A stretch of DNA of 64,000 nucleotides from Octopus vulgaris (taxonomy: Eukaryota). Positions 11,942 through 25,790 of this stretch are shown here, one piece after another; position 1 is the first letter of the stretch, and each line of letters opens with the position of its first letter. The position numbers and the translations under genes were made by a program. Location of the stretch: assembly GCA_951406725.2 (NCBI GenBank), contig OX597831.1:38006001-38070000 (forward strand), written 5' to 3'. The notes beneath the pieces were generated by a model. The model did no database searches. It saw nothing but the letters and a program-made list of their open reading frames with translations, and was not told the DNA's origin.

Positions 11942-12259
11942 GGAATACAGAGTTGTAGAACGCGCAATAAATGTGTACTCGTATTTACACGGCAAACGGA
12001 ATATCTATTTAAAATATACATATCTACACCTAGATATACCTTTATTTTTTAAATAAATAATCGGCGCAAGTGCTTATCTGACACCGCACGAGACTTGGTT
12101 CCTACTTCACTCTGTAACTTCTACCGATTATTAATAATAAATATATATACACTCATGTTTTGTGTTTTGCTTCTGTATTTGGATCGCTACACTTTTCTAC
12201 GCGCACACACACACACACAAATACGAATATTTGGGCGTAAGCTTCTTACCACGCAGAAG

Positions 12260-12411
12260 TGGCTCTGTGGTAAGAAGCTTGATTCCCAAACATGGTTTTT
12301 GATTTAGTCCGATTGCGTGCCACCTTGACAACTATATTTTATTATAGGCTCGCGCCGACCAAAGACTTGTGAATGGATTTGGTTGACGGAAACTGAAAGA
12401 AGCCCGTCATA

Positions 12412-12460
<49 letters not shown>

Positions 12461-12712
12461 GTTTTCATGCATTTATATATGTATATATCTAAGTGTGCGT
12501 GTCTTTGCATCTGCGTTTGACCACCACCAGCATTCTTTGACAACCGGTGTTAGTACGTTTACTTCTCCGCAACTTAGCGGTTCGATGAACTGAGGGATAA
12601 AATAAGTACCAGGGTTAAAAATAAGGGGGCCAATTGTTCGTCAACAACACTTGAAGACCATGTCCAGCATGGCCGCAGTCAAATGGCTGAAACAAATTAA
12701 AAAGTGGAAGAA
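12260..12712 (+). mobile_element. tRNA-headed SINE (family B) with an internal (TA)n/(TG)n tract
   Basis: GGCTCTGTGGTAAG head; GGAAACTGAAAGAAGCCCGTC before the TA tract; CCAGCATGGCCGCAGTC...CTGAAAC tail. Confidence 0.8.
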
Positions 12713-12796
12713 TACATATACACACGTGTGGATGTGCGCATGTGTATATGAATGTGTTTATATTGGATACTTCTCATTAATAATGATAAAATATGT

Positions 12797-12830
12797 ATAC
12801 GAGCTGCTGCTGAAACGTTCCTAGCTCTGG
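12797..12830 (+). mobile_element. Isolated mariner-like terminal inverted repeat remnant (similar sequence at 55423-55453)
   Basis: TACGAG....GCTGAAACGTTCCT occurs twice in the window, each time starting at TA; no partner TIR seen. Confidence 0.3.
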
Positions 12831-13020
12831 ATAAAATCATATACTTCTTTTATTAACTGTTATCGCCAAGCTAATATGGCAGTCCATAAATATAAGACTA
12901 AAGCTGCCGTTGATTAGCTGTAATAGGCCATCGCCTCTTGCTAGCTATATGACACACGAACTTGTGTCCATTATAACCTTCGAAGTTTATAATGGACACA
13001 GGTTCGTGTACCATATAGCT

Positions 13021-13350
13021 TTTACGTTCTGAGTTCAAATTCCGCCGAGATCGACTTTGTCTTTCATGCTTTCGGGGTCGATAAATTAAGTACCAGTTAC
13101 GCACTGGAGTCGATATAATCGACTTAATCCGTTTGTCTATCTTTGTTTGTCCTCTCTGTGTTTAGCCCCTTGTGGGTAGTAAAGATATAGGTATTTCAGT
13201 AGTCTTTACTTATTGAGTTCAAATTCCGCCGAGGTCACCCTCGCCTTTCAATATTTCGGAGTCGATAAAATGATTACAGTTAACTAACAGGTGTCGCTGC
13301 TAGCGACTTATCTACTCCCCCGAAATTACTATCCTTAAACCAAAATTTCT
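13021..13350 (+). mobile_element. Dimeric family A SINE (Tx1-tailed unit followed by a headless unit)
   Basis: 13021-13189 is near-identical to 355-524; then GGTATTTC...GAGTTCAAATTCC starts the second unit; same junction as at 50673/50674. Confidence 0.85.
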
Positions 13351-13892
13351 TATTGTAATTTACGTAATTTTTTTTTCTTAATGCCGTAATCTCGTAGTAT
13401 GAAGCTTCTTCAAATTCTATTTTCTAATTTCAGAAATTATCTCATTTATTGATTTCTTTTCCCCGAAACCCTACTAGAGGGCTTGGCTGATACAATAGCG
13501 CCGACTTCACGATTTAACACTTAACTCTCGCTAATATATACATCTAACAGATATAAATTAATCAAGATATTTTTCATAGTATAGACTCTGATATTCAGAA
13601 ACTGTCGATGCTCTGTTCTCGCTTACTGATGGTGTACAAAATATTTCTAGTATTGAGCAAAATCGATTTCAAAATTTGTTGACCTATAAAAATATGCTTA
13701 ATGTTTAACACTGATCAGACATATATTAAATGATTCAGCGTACACATCTAAAATCCGGTGAAATTTTATAGAAATAGAAACGGTTGGTATTTCCTTGAGT
13801 TGAAATGCATGAGTACTGTGAATTAATATCATTAATATGATATATTTATTAATTGTAAATGTTAAAAGATGAACTATATGCATTACAGTGTA

Positions 13893-14240
13893 AACGCAAT
13901 GGCCCAGTGGTTAGGGCAGCGGACTTGCGCTCGTATGATCACGGTTTCTATTCCCAGACGGGGCATTGTGAGTGTTCATTGAGCGAAAACACCTAAAGCA
14001 GGAAAGTGGGGTTGGCGAATGCTACCGAAGTATTTCGCAACAACTTTCTCTCACTCTTTCTTCCTGTTTCTGTTGTATCTGTATTACAATCGGCCAGCTT
14101 TGTCACTGTCTGTGTCACGCCGAACCTCCCCGAGAACTAAGTTAAGAGTGCTCAGCCACTTGCACATTAATTTCACGAGCAGGCTGTTCCGTTGGTCGGA
14201 TCAACGGAAACCTTTGACGTCGTAACCGACGGATTGGCAC
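13893..14240 (+). mobile_element. tRNA-headed SINE (family C-related)
   Basis: TGGCCCAGTGGTTAGGGC A-box, GGTTTCTATTCC B-box; 3' half shared with 2935-3248. Confidence 0.75.
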
Positions 14241-14807
14241 GACGATATGCGTTACATATGATTTATCGAGGCAGACGAAATTATGCAATAAATCTTATGG
14301 AATAATTCCTTTTCCATAAAGTTCAATAAGCATTCCTGTGTAGATAAGCTGTCAAATGTGAGTGACTGAGTTTCTAGGCTAAGTCAATGAATAAAAATCG
14401 CCTGGGTATGATATTGATATAACACATGTGCCAAAACCTGAAGGTCTAGTTCTCATGTTAGTGTCTTTAATTAAGAGAAACAAGCGAGTAAAATAAAACC
14501 TGTTTTTCAAGTAATCAATAAAGGAATGTTAGTTATTTAAACAGAATACGCACTAATCATCAATTCAACGAATTAATTTCAATTCTATCACAAAAAATAT
14601 GTCCAGTGTAAAAGTGCGACGATTTGAAACACTTTAAGAAACATCAACGGTTTTCTTTTTTTTTTTTTGTCCCTACATCATGCCTGGACGTGTACATTCC
14701 TGACTACCGGCATTCTGTTTTTGACCGTCACACCATCTTAGGGGTCTGCTTTTCTATATTATATAATGCAATGTTCCCTTTTTAGAGACGGTAAAAAGAG
14801 TAAATAC

Positions 14808-15098
14808 CCCTTTTGTCATGACGGACCATGAGATTGCAACTAGAAAGTTACCCTCTGAGGCATGAGTCAGGATTAGGTTGTTTATGGAAGACCAGCAATG
14901 GCCCACGCATGCCAGCCTCCCCTCTTCACGCCACCAATGTTATCCATCGGAAAGACAAAGGTCAATACAGCTTAGTACCAGTGGGTGAACTGGAAGAACG
15001 TGATAGAAAGTGTCTTGCTCAAGAACACAACACAGTTCGATCCGGAAATCACACTCATTACTTCATGATTCTGAACCCGACGCTTTCACCACTGAGCC
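14808..15098 (-). mobile_element. tRNA-headed SINE
   Basis: Minus strand begins TGGCTCAGTGGTGAAAGCG and contains TTGTGTTCTTGAGCAAGACACTT. Confidence 0.65.
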
Positions 15099-16083
15099 AG
15101 AAAATAATTTTAGGGAAATTTAACCGTCCTTTCTAATTCGGTCGAATGACCGCATGAAAAACATCATCACGACCTGAATGTTAGGATCGGAAGATTCCAG
15201 AACATGTGCTATCTGACAATCGTCTCATCTAAAGAATTATTCAAAATGTCGCTATACTAATTATATATTTCTTTGCAGTATTGAGTTTTCTCTAACAGAC
15301 ATTATCCATTTACATTTAAGCACATTGAATTACGATGACAAATATTCAACTCACTGTAAACATACATGATGCTGTGATTAAAACGTTTATTAAATGAAAA
15401 TTACTTCTACAATAAATTCATGTCTATATCGTCTTCAGTGAGATGAAACGAAAGTGGGGATGGCAACTCTGAAATCTCAATTAATTAAAACTAAAATTAA
15501 GCATGTTGCGAGATGAAGAAAACATCATGTTATCACCTTAAGTTAATTTTCTTTTGCACTTTCTATTATAAGGAGTGGTTGTGGTTAATTAAGAAATTGC
15601 TTTGCTCAAACCATTAAGCTTGTTAAATAGTGTTAATTGATTTAAATATTTTATTTTTCAGGACAGCATCTCTGAATTATTTTCTTTCTCACACATTATA
15701 CACAGATCAATTGTTGAAGTATAGGGGAAGTGCAGTGTACATGGAATAAATAATAGATACCATAACCGTTTTACTAAAGAAAAAAAAGAAGACCAAAGTG
15801 CCACGCCAAGCCCACAAGGTAGTTTTTCACCTCCAACAGAGTTAAAAGGAGTCTAAATTTTATATATTCTTTCAGATGCTGCCTCCTGCTTTTTCGTTTT
15901 GTTTTCTTTGTATTTTATGTATGGTGAAATGGTTAAATTTGCCAGTAACTCCAAATAGAATACGCGATGAATAATCAAAAGAAATTACAGAAAGTTTCAA
16001 GTATACATACATACATAAACACACACATACACACACACACATATACATATATATATATATATGCACAAATACATATGTATATG

Positions 16084-16118
<35 letters not shown>

Positions 16119-16207
16119 ATGTGTGTGCCTGTATATAAGTATATATATATATGTATATATATATGTGTGTATATATGCATTTATATACATAAATATATAT
16201 GTGCATG

Positions 16208-16242
<35 letters not shown>

Positions 16243-17678
16243 CTGTGTCTGTGGGTGTGTGTGTGTGAATGAGGAAGAGAGGGTAATCTTGAGTTCTTGC
16301 CGTTGAACTTTGTCAATGTTTTAGTAGGAATATGATTATCTTGAGACAGATGAAGCACGTCGTATTAAACATACAGCTAAAAGAAATAAGGTGTCAGCAG
16401 TTAAATTAAAAACCAAAAGAGAATAATCTAGTTAAACTTTCACTGGAAGTTGATGGTTCTGAAGGAGAGAGAAAAATGTAAAATCGAAAAGCTGAACGTC
16501 AGATGGGGTGCGAGTGAGAATGGCGAGCAAGTGTCAGCTAGAGAGAAATAATGTTGAACACGAGAATCAGTGAGTGATTGAGTGAGTGAGTGAGAAAATA
16601 TGTGAGTGATTTAATTAGTGAGGGCGTGTGTCTGAGTGAGTGAGTGAGTGAGTGAGTGAATGAAGAAAACGAGGAAGACTGGAATGAGAAAACATTAAAC
16701 AAAAACATTACTTAATACAGATGTGAAGTTTTGTACTTCAATGTAAAAGTATTTAGTGGAAGTCACAATAAGTACAAATTGAAAGAATTATACCAGGTGT
16801 TGTAAAACGAAATGAGATTAAGTTTTACTAAAGTGGTTACCCCTTCCAAACACGACAAATATTGAAGTAACAAAAATAAAAGAAAGCAAAATAAAAGAAG
16901 CAAACGATTTTATGGTAATGAAATTACACAGAGTCTGTAAAATACATTAGTATTTCATTTAAGCAATGCGATGTCGCCACCTTAAACGCATTGCATTCCT
17001 TCTGCGAATAAAATCTAAGGTGGAATATGGTAGACTTCAAAAGAATATATTTTTCGTTTATTTATTCTTTTACACATATGTTTATTTATTTATTTATTCT
17101 ATATCGTCTCGGAGGAAATATTGAAAATATAATCTTTTATACGTTGCTTACGAGGCAGCAATTTCAGGTTAGAAACAGAAGTCTCCAGTCAATGAATTAG
17201 TAAGATTTATAACCGTTCAAATCCTTTTAAACAGATATCATGCAAATGAGGTAAATCACTAACGCAAATTAGCACTGAGACAATTCTTGTCAGTGTAAAT
17301 ACAGTTATCATATAGATTCCTAACATTTAGTAATGACAATTTATTTAGTATCGGGGGACAAACGAGAATTTATATGTCTGCTGTCCTCTCGGGTTTCTGC
17401 ATTTGAATTCTAAGAATTGTTTATGTTGTCTTAACAGTCTGATTTTACCAAACTAAGAAGTAAGAATATTCTAGCGTAATATTTTCAGATGCGAGTGTAA
17501 CAGACTTCTCTGCCAAATTTGATACGAGGAAATTGTGCAAATTCACGACACCACATGACATGTTTTCTGAAGAATTCTCAATAGTGAGTCACCTACTATT
17601 TCCTCAACAAACGAAGTGAGGGTAACACTTCCTTTGATAAAGTTATATATATATATAGAGATAGATAGATAGATAGAC

Positions 17679-17737
<59 letters not shown>

Positions 17738-17799
17738 GAGATAGAGAGATAGATAAATAGATAGATAGACAGATAGATGAACACGTACGTACACACACA

Positions 17800-18560
17800 C
17801 AATGTTGCCCCTACTGTATATATTGACGAAGAAGCATTACACACTGTTTTTTTCACTTATCGTGGTTCTATTGCGTCGAATGATACTAAGATGGATAAAG
17901 AAATTGCGTCCAGAATCAGGAAGGCCAATTCCACTTTCAGTAAGCTTTACGATGGGCTTTGGACTGCTACGACGTTTCGTTGAAGTCGAAAGTTGATGGA
18001 TTCAAGTCATTGGTTTTCTCATCATTACTTTATGTGTCAGAAAATTGGATCCTACACCGTAAGCACATCAAACACTTTGATGTTTTTCAAATGCTATACT
18101 TGCGATCTATCTCCAACATAAAAACCGAGTGGCCATATTTCTGACAGTAAGGTGCTAACAAAATACAACATATCGAGTATTGAAGCCATCTTCATCAAAA
18201 TACAGCCTAGATAGTCAGGTCATCTCTCGCATATGAGCGGTATCAGAATTCCGAGGCAAATTCTCAACAGAAGGTCATTGGGAAGGTTATTCTTGCGTTT
18301 GAAATACAAACTAAAACACCATTTGGTGCGATGCGACTTTCCTATTTGTTCTTGGAAAAACAACAGAACGCAGGACCTGGCACCAGTTCTGTTTCTTTCA
18401 GTTCAAAGATTTGAACAAATTTGACTCCAACATCGGGACCAACTTCGTGTGAGCATGCTGGTAAAAACGCTGCACCTTTAAATGAAAAGCTTACATGTAA
18501 TTGTGGTTTTGCGGCACAGAGCAAAGCAGGCCATGCCGTCCACCCAAGAAAACAAGTAGT
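17800..18560 (+). pseudogene. RTE-clade LINE fragment (RT C-terminus and thumb), frameshifted
   Basis: FTYRGS...MDKEIASRIRKANSTF, SLKSKV...SSLLYVSENW, LRSISNI and GHLSHMSGIRIPRQIL motifs are typical of RTE/BovB ORFs. Confidence 0.85.
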
Positions 18561-18605
18561 AAATAATCCACAAACAATCGTGCAAACTGATTTCCCACTT
18601 TGTTC

Positions 18606-18807
18606 CATTTACTCTCTTTGCTTGTTTCAGTTATTTGACTGTGGCCATGCTGGAGAACCGCCTTTAGTCGAGCAAATCGACCCAAGGACTTATTCTTTTT
18701 AAGTCTAGTACTTATTCTATCTTTCTCTTTTGCCGAACCGCTAAGTTACGGGGATGTAAACACACCAGCATCGGGGGGACAAACACAGCCACACAAACAT
18801 ATACGCA

Positions 18808-18861
<54 letters not shown>

Positions 18862-19013
18862 GACGGGCTTCTTTCAGTTTCCGTCTACCAAATCCACTCA
18901 CAAGGCTTTGGTCGGCCCGAGGCTATAGTAGAAGACACTTGCCCAAGGTGCCACGCAGTAGGACTGAACCCCGAACCATGTGTTTCGTAAGTAAGCTACT
19001 TACCACACAGCCA
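18606..19013 (-). mobile_element. Family B SINE, full length
   Basis: Minus strand GGCTGTGTGGTAAGTAGCTT...GGTTCAGTCC...CACCTTGGGCAAGTGTCTTC (CORE-like), internal TA tract, CCAGCATGGCCACAGTC tail. Confidence 0.85.
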
Positions 19014-19542
19014 AAGTCCCTCACAGGCGCCAAGAGATACGTGCGTGTCCATAGAGCATGATTAACGCTTTATTTTAGTGAAGATTCATTTGTCGATGAC
19101 GACGAGAGAATCCATCATAACAATTCGGAATTCTCTCTCCTCTTGCTTTGTCTGAAAATAATGCAAATTAACCCTAATATATTTTTTCTTTTGTGTATTT
19201 ATTTACAATGGTCGAAACATCAGATTGGAAATCCTCAAACCTACCGTAAGTGTCCCTCTATATATATCACATGTTATATATGATTCTATATGCATACATA
19301 AATGTGTGATTTCGCATGTGTGTGTGTGTGTGAGTACGCTCGCGGGCCCGAATGCACTTTGCCTTGTGTTTAGAGTGTTACAATTACGATCACAAAACCG
19401 TGTCATTGTTATTCATCAGGAATTTCTACTTCGGAGATGGCAAAACTATTGTCACCATACACTTGCACAATCATTTTCCGCACTACGTTATTATTATTCC
19501 TACGTTTTTGAATGTGTACATTCGAAAAGAGGAAGACGAGAA

Positions 19543-19636
19543 AGAAGAAGAAGAAGAAGAAGAAGAAGAAGAAGAAGAAGAAGAAGAAGAAGAAGAAGAA
19601 GAAGAAGAAGAAGAAGAAGAAGAAGAAGAAGAAGAA
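19543..19636. repeat. (GAA)n microsatellite
   Basis: Direct inspection. Confidence 0.95.
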
Positions 19637-20408
19637 AAAGAAAACAAAGAAGATGAGGAAGAGAAAGAATTGGAAGGAAATGTGTTTATAATAACGATGT
19701 TTAATAATTTTTAGCAAACTAATTAATCATAGAGGACACAAATCTTAGAGAAAACGTTCTCATTTTAAAATAAATAGCTGTATGCAATGGAATCTTTGTG
19801 AATGGCCCCCGTTGACCTAAAGTCACAACGGGACTAAAATCATGCAAATATGTGACCTTATAATTGTTATGGTGAAATTCCTGTGTATAGAATATGTGAA
19901 ACACGTAATTTCTTTCTTTTTATGAAAAGCGACGCGCTTGCAGAATACGTATCATGTAAATAGGACAAAATACATAACGATATATCTACTGCTTTTTACA
20001 TCTTGAGTTAAAGTCCCGCCGAATAGACTTTGCCTTTTAAAATTTTGGGGGACAATAAAAGGAGTTCCAGTTGAACACTGGGATCAGTGGCACTGATTTA
20101 TTCTCACCCCTAAAATTGATATCTTTCTGTATCAATGTCGAACTTATTGTTACTTTATGAGAATATGATGTTTCACATTTCTGCCTTAGATTAATTTGTA
20201 AAATACCCGTTCTATTTAGGAGTCTGATCATTTAAATCAGTATTTGTTAAACAATTTTTATCTACCACTATTCTGCTGCTATAACAAAAACTGTCTCTAA
20301 TATTCAATGCTCCTATAAATTATAAGGCATTTATACATGTAATATCAGGCGAGGACAAATAATGTATTAAAAATTTATCATTGACATGGCTTAGGGTTTT
20401 ACGTGCAA

Positions 20409-20505
<97 letters not shown>

Positions 20506-20530
20506 GAATATATATAATATATATATACAT

Positions 20531-20569
<39 letters not shown>

Positions 20570-20694
20570 TTATATATATAAATATATGTATGTATGTGTG
20601 TATTTACATCTATGTATCAATGTATCTATCTATCTACATATGTATATATATATATTATATATATATACATACATACATACACACATACTCACAG

Positions 20695-20759
<65 letters not shown>

Positions 20760-20789
20760 AGCAATAATAAATCTCTGAGCAAGGTATAA

Positions 20790-21082
20790 ACAGTATCTGC
20801 ACGAGATCGTGATCTATATTTGCCACCTAAATGTGGCTAAAACTTAAAGGTTGATGCTACAGCAGCTTGTAGCCCCAGAAATACATCTCCTCGAGCTGGC
20901 TATTGACACCCTATCTGTGCCCTATCAGTATTTGCAAAAGGATGTCATCGTTCCACTCTCCAGCCTGAAGTGATACACACGGAGCCGATTTTCTCGGTAT
21001 TGACCCGTCATCATATATAAATGGTGGTGCCCAAGCATGGCCATATCTCATGAGTTGAAACTAGATCAAATCAAATCAAATC
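20790..21082 (+). mobile_element. Probable retroelement 3' end with a tail similar to family B SINEs
   Basis: GGTGGTGCCCAAGCATGGCCA...TGAAACTAG followed by (ATCAA)n; compare the SINE B tail GGCGGTTCTCCAGCATGGCCA...TGAAACAAG. Confidence 0.45.
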
Positions 21083-22021
21083 ATATACCTATATGTATGA
21101 TTTATGTATGTAGCACTGTATCAATCACATAATCGGAATTTGCTATACACGACGGGTAACAATGCGCTTCGTTGCATTGCTGTACATTTCTAATGATGCC
21201 ATCTGGCTGGCTCTGGTGGCTGGCAAACATTCCCTCCCAACGGGAAGCCAGTCTATCGGGAGGTTACCCATTTATAGATGAAAGGACCGGAGCAATGAGA
21301 AATTAAATATTTCGCTCACCGACACACTACACAACCGATCAAATAATCAAAACCACGGTTTTGTGACCGTTATTGTATCACTCTAAACACAAGGCGAAGT
21401 GCATTCGGGCCCGCGAGTGTACTCACATACACACATCCGAAATCAAACATTTATGTATGCATATAGAATCATATATAACATGTGATATATATAGAGGGAC
21501 TCACACGGTCGGTTTGAGGATTTCCAATCTGATATTTCGACCATTGTAAATAAATACACAAAAGAGAAAAAATATTAGTGTTAATTTGCATTATTCTCAG
21601 ACAAGGCAAGAGGAGAGAGAATTCCGAATGTATATGATGGCTTCTCTCGTCGTCATCGACAAATTAATGTTCAGTAAAATAAAGCGTTAATCATGCTCTA
21701 TGGACACGCACGTGTCTCTTGGCTCCTATGAGGGCCTTTGGCTGTGTGGTAAGTAGCTTGCTTACGAAACACATGGTTCCGGGTTCAGTCCCACTTTTGA
21801 GTGGATTTGGTAGACGGAAACTGAAAGAAGCCCGTCGTATATATGTATATATGTATATAACAATGAATAAGAGGATAAGTAAATGTTAACCTCACTTTTC
21901 AGGGACCTGATGCCAATATGTAATTGTCATACGTACATATTCACACATACGTACGCACTCACACAAACAAACATATATGTATGTACATACTCATACATAC
22001 ATATATATGCACACACACACT

Positions 22022-22067
<46 letters not shown>

Positions 22068-22244
22068 CATACACACACACATATATACATATATGAATAA
22101 TGTGTACGCAACTTTATCCTCATATACACATAGCTGCTTACTTCCATACATGTAACATGATACACACAGACACACACACACAAATATACATATATATATA
22201 TATATTAAACATTTATACGTATAAATATACATACATGCATTCAC

Positions 22245-22680
22245 TGCTGTAGGATTAATGACATGTGCCCGCTAAATGGAGTCTGTATAACTAAAGCTAT
22301 TATTTATGAAGCCTCCGTAAATTCCATGAACGATAATAATACAGTTTCATTTCAAAGATATGTGGGTCTCATAGAGGAAAATTTCAAAGCATGATTCAAC
22401 AATCACACCTTAAGTGTCAGACACTTGAATAAACGAAAAACTACCAATATCCATTTACATATGGTTCTTCAAAGAACAAGGTGTTAACCACAAGATTTAC
22501 TGGAACTTCTCAGCCAAGAGTAAACTTTATACCAACGGTAGTGCAAAGTGCAGTCTTTGTAATATGGAAAGAAGGCGCATCTGGATAATTTCACTCGACC
22601 CCGCTACATGTTTAAATTCAAGAAATGAACTTTTGGGGTTATGTCCATATGTCACAAATACCTGTTATGGTTTTGCCCCA
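22245..22680 (+). pseudogene. Decayed PLE GIY-YIG endonuclease (Naiad-like)
   Basis: CCR...CPLNGVCITKAIIYEASV...YVG...FKA*FNNHTLSVRH...YIW..K...IYW...KCSLCNME...LNSRNELLGLCP; one stop and one frameshift. Confidence 0.85.
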
Positions 22681-23011
22681 CTCTACAAGTTCAATGCTAG
22701 GATTCACGTCTCTACTACGTTCCTGCACAAGCCTTCCAATACGTTTTAACTTCCATTAATTTTATAATTTTTTATATATATTCTTTCATTGTTTCCTTTT
22801 TCCTTTTTACTTGCGTGAGTGTGTACGTGTGTGTATATATGTGTATGTATGTACATATATTATATGTATATGTATGTGCGTGTGTGTGTCTATATGTTTC
22901 TTTAAAAGTGGAAGAATGCGTCGGTACATATGTGCGAATTTCATGCACATACTCCACGTCATTTATACGGATACACATATGTTTGTATATATACGGGTGC
23001 GTAAATGTATG

Positions 23012-23073
<62 letters not shown>

Positions 23074-23629
23074 TATGTATATACACATATATATACACAC
23101 AAACGTTATTATACGTATGTGTATACGTATAAATATCTAAATATATATATATTATGTTACGTGTATGCATGTAAGCCTATGTGTATATGAAGGTCAGTTT
23201 TCGTACATATGTACAAATATATGCACGTGTGTGCTTCTGTGTGGGGGTATGTGTGTATGTATGAGTACGCACATATATATGAGTTTGTGTGTGTACGAGT
23301 GTAGACATTGTGAATACAGGTGGTTTATGTTTATGTATTGGGAGAATATGGTTGCGTGCATCTTTTATCTTTTTTCCTTTTTTATTTTTCTACCTATTAG
23401 AGTAACTTCTCTTTTCTTCAACGATTTCATAACGTCTGTTGCGATAAATAGCCGCCAAGAAGGTATCGTAGATCTTCCCTCCGACATTCGGTACTCAGAG
23501 TACTACAATGAACATCTTTTACTAATTGTTCCAAATTATAACATATATAAATACACCTCTGTTTATCTATTATAGAGTTCTCATTCTTTTGTTGTTACGT
23601 TTTATTATTATTTTTTATTATTATTATTA

Positions 23630-23679
<50 letters not shown>

Positions 23680-23682
<3 letters not shown>

Positions 23683-23997
23683 TAGTTTTATTTTTATAGC
23701 GTGCTTTCACTTCACTACCGAGCGCAGCTCTGTGTGCCTTGGGTATGTGCTGTGATTTGTTGTGATGCTCTGATGGTTATTGTATGGAAAATGTTCTGCG
23801 TAGGATGTGTGCAGTGCCTAGTAGTGCAATTTTCTGTATGTTATATGTGTTTGTAAGTCCTGGTGTTTTTGTTATGTATTTGTCTGAATATTTTTTTATC
23901 ATGCCTAATGCACCTACTATGATAGGAATTGTTTCTGTTTTCAGATTCCACATTCTAGTTACCTCTATTTCCAGGTCTTTGTATTTTGAGAGTTTCC

Positions 23998-23998
<1 letters not shown>
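23680..23998 (-). mobile_element. 5'-truncated R4/Dong-like RLE non-LTR element inserted in (TAA)n
   Basis: Minus strand LSKYKDLEIEVTRMWNLKTETIPIIVGALGMI...IQKIALLGTAHILRRT plus 3' UTR; (TTA)n on both sides. Confidence 0.85.
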
Positions 23999-24251
<253 letters not shown>

Positions 24252-24367
24252 TTACAGGAAAATATGAATATTATTACAATAATATTAATATCTACCAAGA
24301 ATAAACCACCTTATATAAGCTATGTGGATCAATGATCGTACTTCGCGTTCACCTGCTGCCTCTCTCT

Positions 24368-24414
<47 letters not shown>

Positions 24415-24435
24415 TATATATATATATAATGGGAT

Positions 24436-24470
<35 letters not shown>

Positions 24471-24524
24471 TGCTATTTCTAAAATTTTCGGTATGTGGTC
24501 AAGCAACTTTATGCAACACCCTTA

Positions 24525-24579
<55 letters not shown>

Positions 24580-24581
<2 letters not shown>

Positions 24582-25790
24582 CCAATCCGAATTTGTGTCA
24601 ATGTTTATAGAAGACTCTATGAGTTGAATAAATTTGAAACATGGTCTGGTTTTCAAGTTTATTTTATTATTGTATTTAAAAAATTTCTCTTTTATAAATT
24701 TTGAAGTGTGTTAAACATGAAAATAAACAGTTTGTATTATCCCTAAAGTTCAATTACCGTTTCCATACATTCGTAGTACTCATCAGATTTCAATATGTAT
24801 TTAACTCACAGTTGAGTCTTTGACAACTGTAGTAAGATGGCTAATTTCTTCCTTTTCAATCTTCTTACAAGACTCGAACAAGCTGAATTTTTGGAGCACA
24901 TTTTTGACCAATCCGCATGCACTTAACGTCACAGTTTGCCGGGTGTACCAATGTTATTGGCGTAGATCCTGTTTGTATGTTAACCAATTAGCTTGCGGTT
25001 TACTTCTAACGGTTTTATGAGTGAGCAAACCTAGTTGGTTTTGATCGTTTTTATTTCAGTCAGTGGGAGTATTCTGTAATTTGTTTATATTCATATGTTA
25101 AATATATTTTTTTAAATCCACATCATTAATTTGTTGTTATATTATTGTTGTTATTTCCGTTCAGAACAGGTTTGAACATTGAATTTTTGTCTTTATTTTC
25201 CTCCTAACCTCATTTGTGTCATGTAGATTCTGGAAAGGAAGAGTTAGAAATATGTTCTAACCGCAAGTTTCTATATGTTCGCTTTATGGAATTTGGCGAA
25301 CTTTAATGTTCCGGATTTGTTGTTTGTAGTCTCGCGAGCGTTCCGATAATTCATACTCTCTCTCTCGCCAATCTATAGTTCCTCACAATTAGGAGATTTA
25401 ATGCAGTATATTAAATTTCTGCTTTTGAAGTTCATATCTGCATTTTCGAAAGTTTGTCCATGTTTTGTTCTAATTGATCTACCAGTATTCATGTATTGAC
25501 ACGTTCCACATCTGTTATCCTTACACTTGGATACTGTGAATGTTTTGTCCTGTTTCTTCATGCTGAATTTTGCTTTTTGTTAATAGCTTTTTAGGTTATG
25601 TGGTTGCCGTTTGCTTAAGATAAGCGTTTGATTATTTATTATGTTTTATTTTAAATTTTCCACATTGTTTCATGATTGGCAGATTTGTTTTAATGATCTT
25701 AAAAAGGTTGTGGTGATGTGGAATGCATGTTTCTAGAAACGGTATTTTGTTCCATTGACGGTTTCGTTTTTCTCGTGTTGCTCCAAGTTA
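24580..25790 (-). mobile_element. Decayed PLE (Neptune-like GIY-YIG endonuclease plus 3' region with a degenerate HHR)
   Basis: KCKDNRCGTCQY...NLIYCIKSPNCEEL*IGE...KQQIRN...RQIP*SEHIETCG...FKPVLN; downstream on the same strand CTGATGA-GTAC...GTATG-GAAA-CGGTA at ~24752-24790; 3' end abuts (TA)n. Confidence 0.75.

Larger units (their letters stand above)
18855..21845. repeat. Local inverted duplication: ~18855-19402 versus ~21354-21845
   Basis: For example 19010-19402 is the reverse complement of 21354-21745 with scattered substitutions, and includes sequence found nowhere else in the window. Confidence 0.9.

Noticed and set aside
19225-19717. Poly-R, poly-E and poly-F ORFs
   Set aside because: (GAA)n microsatellite
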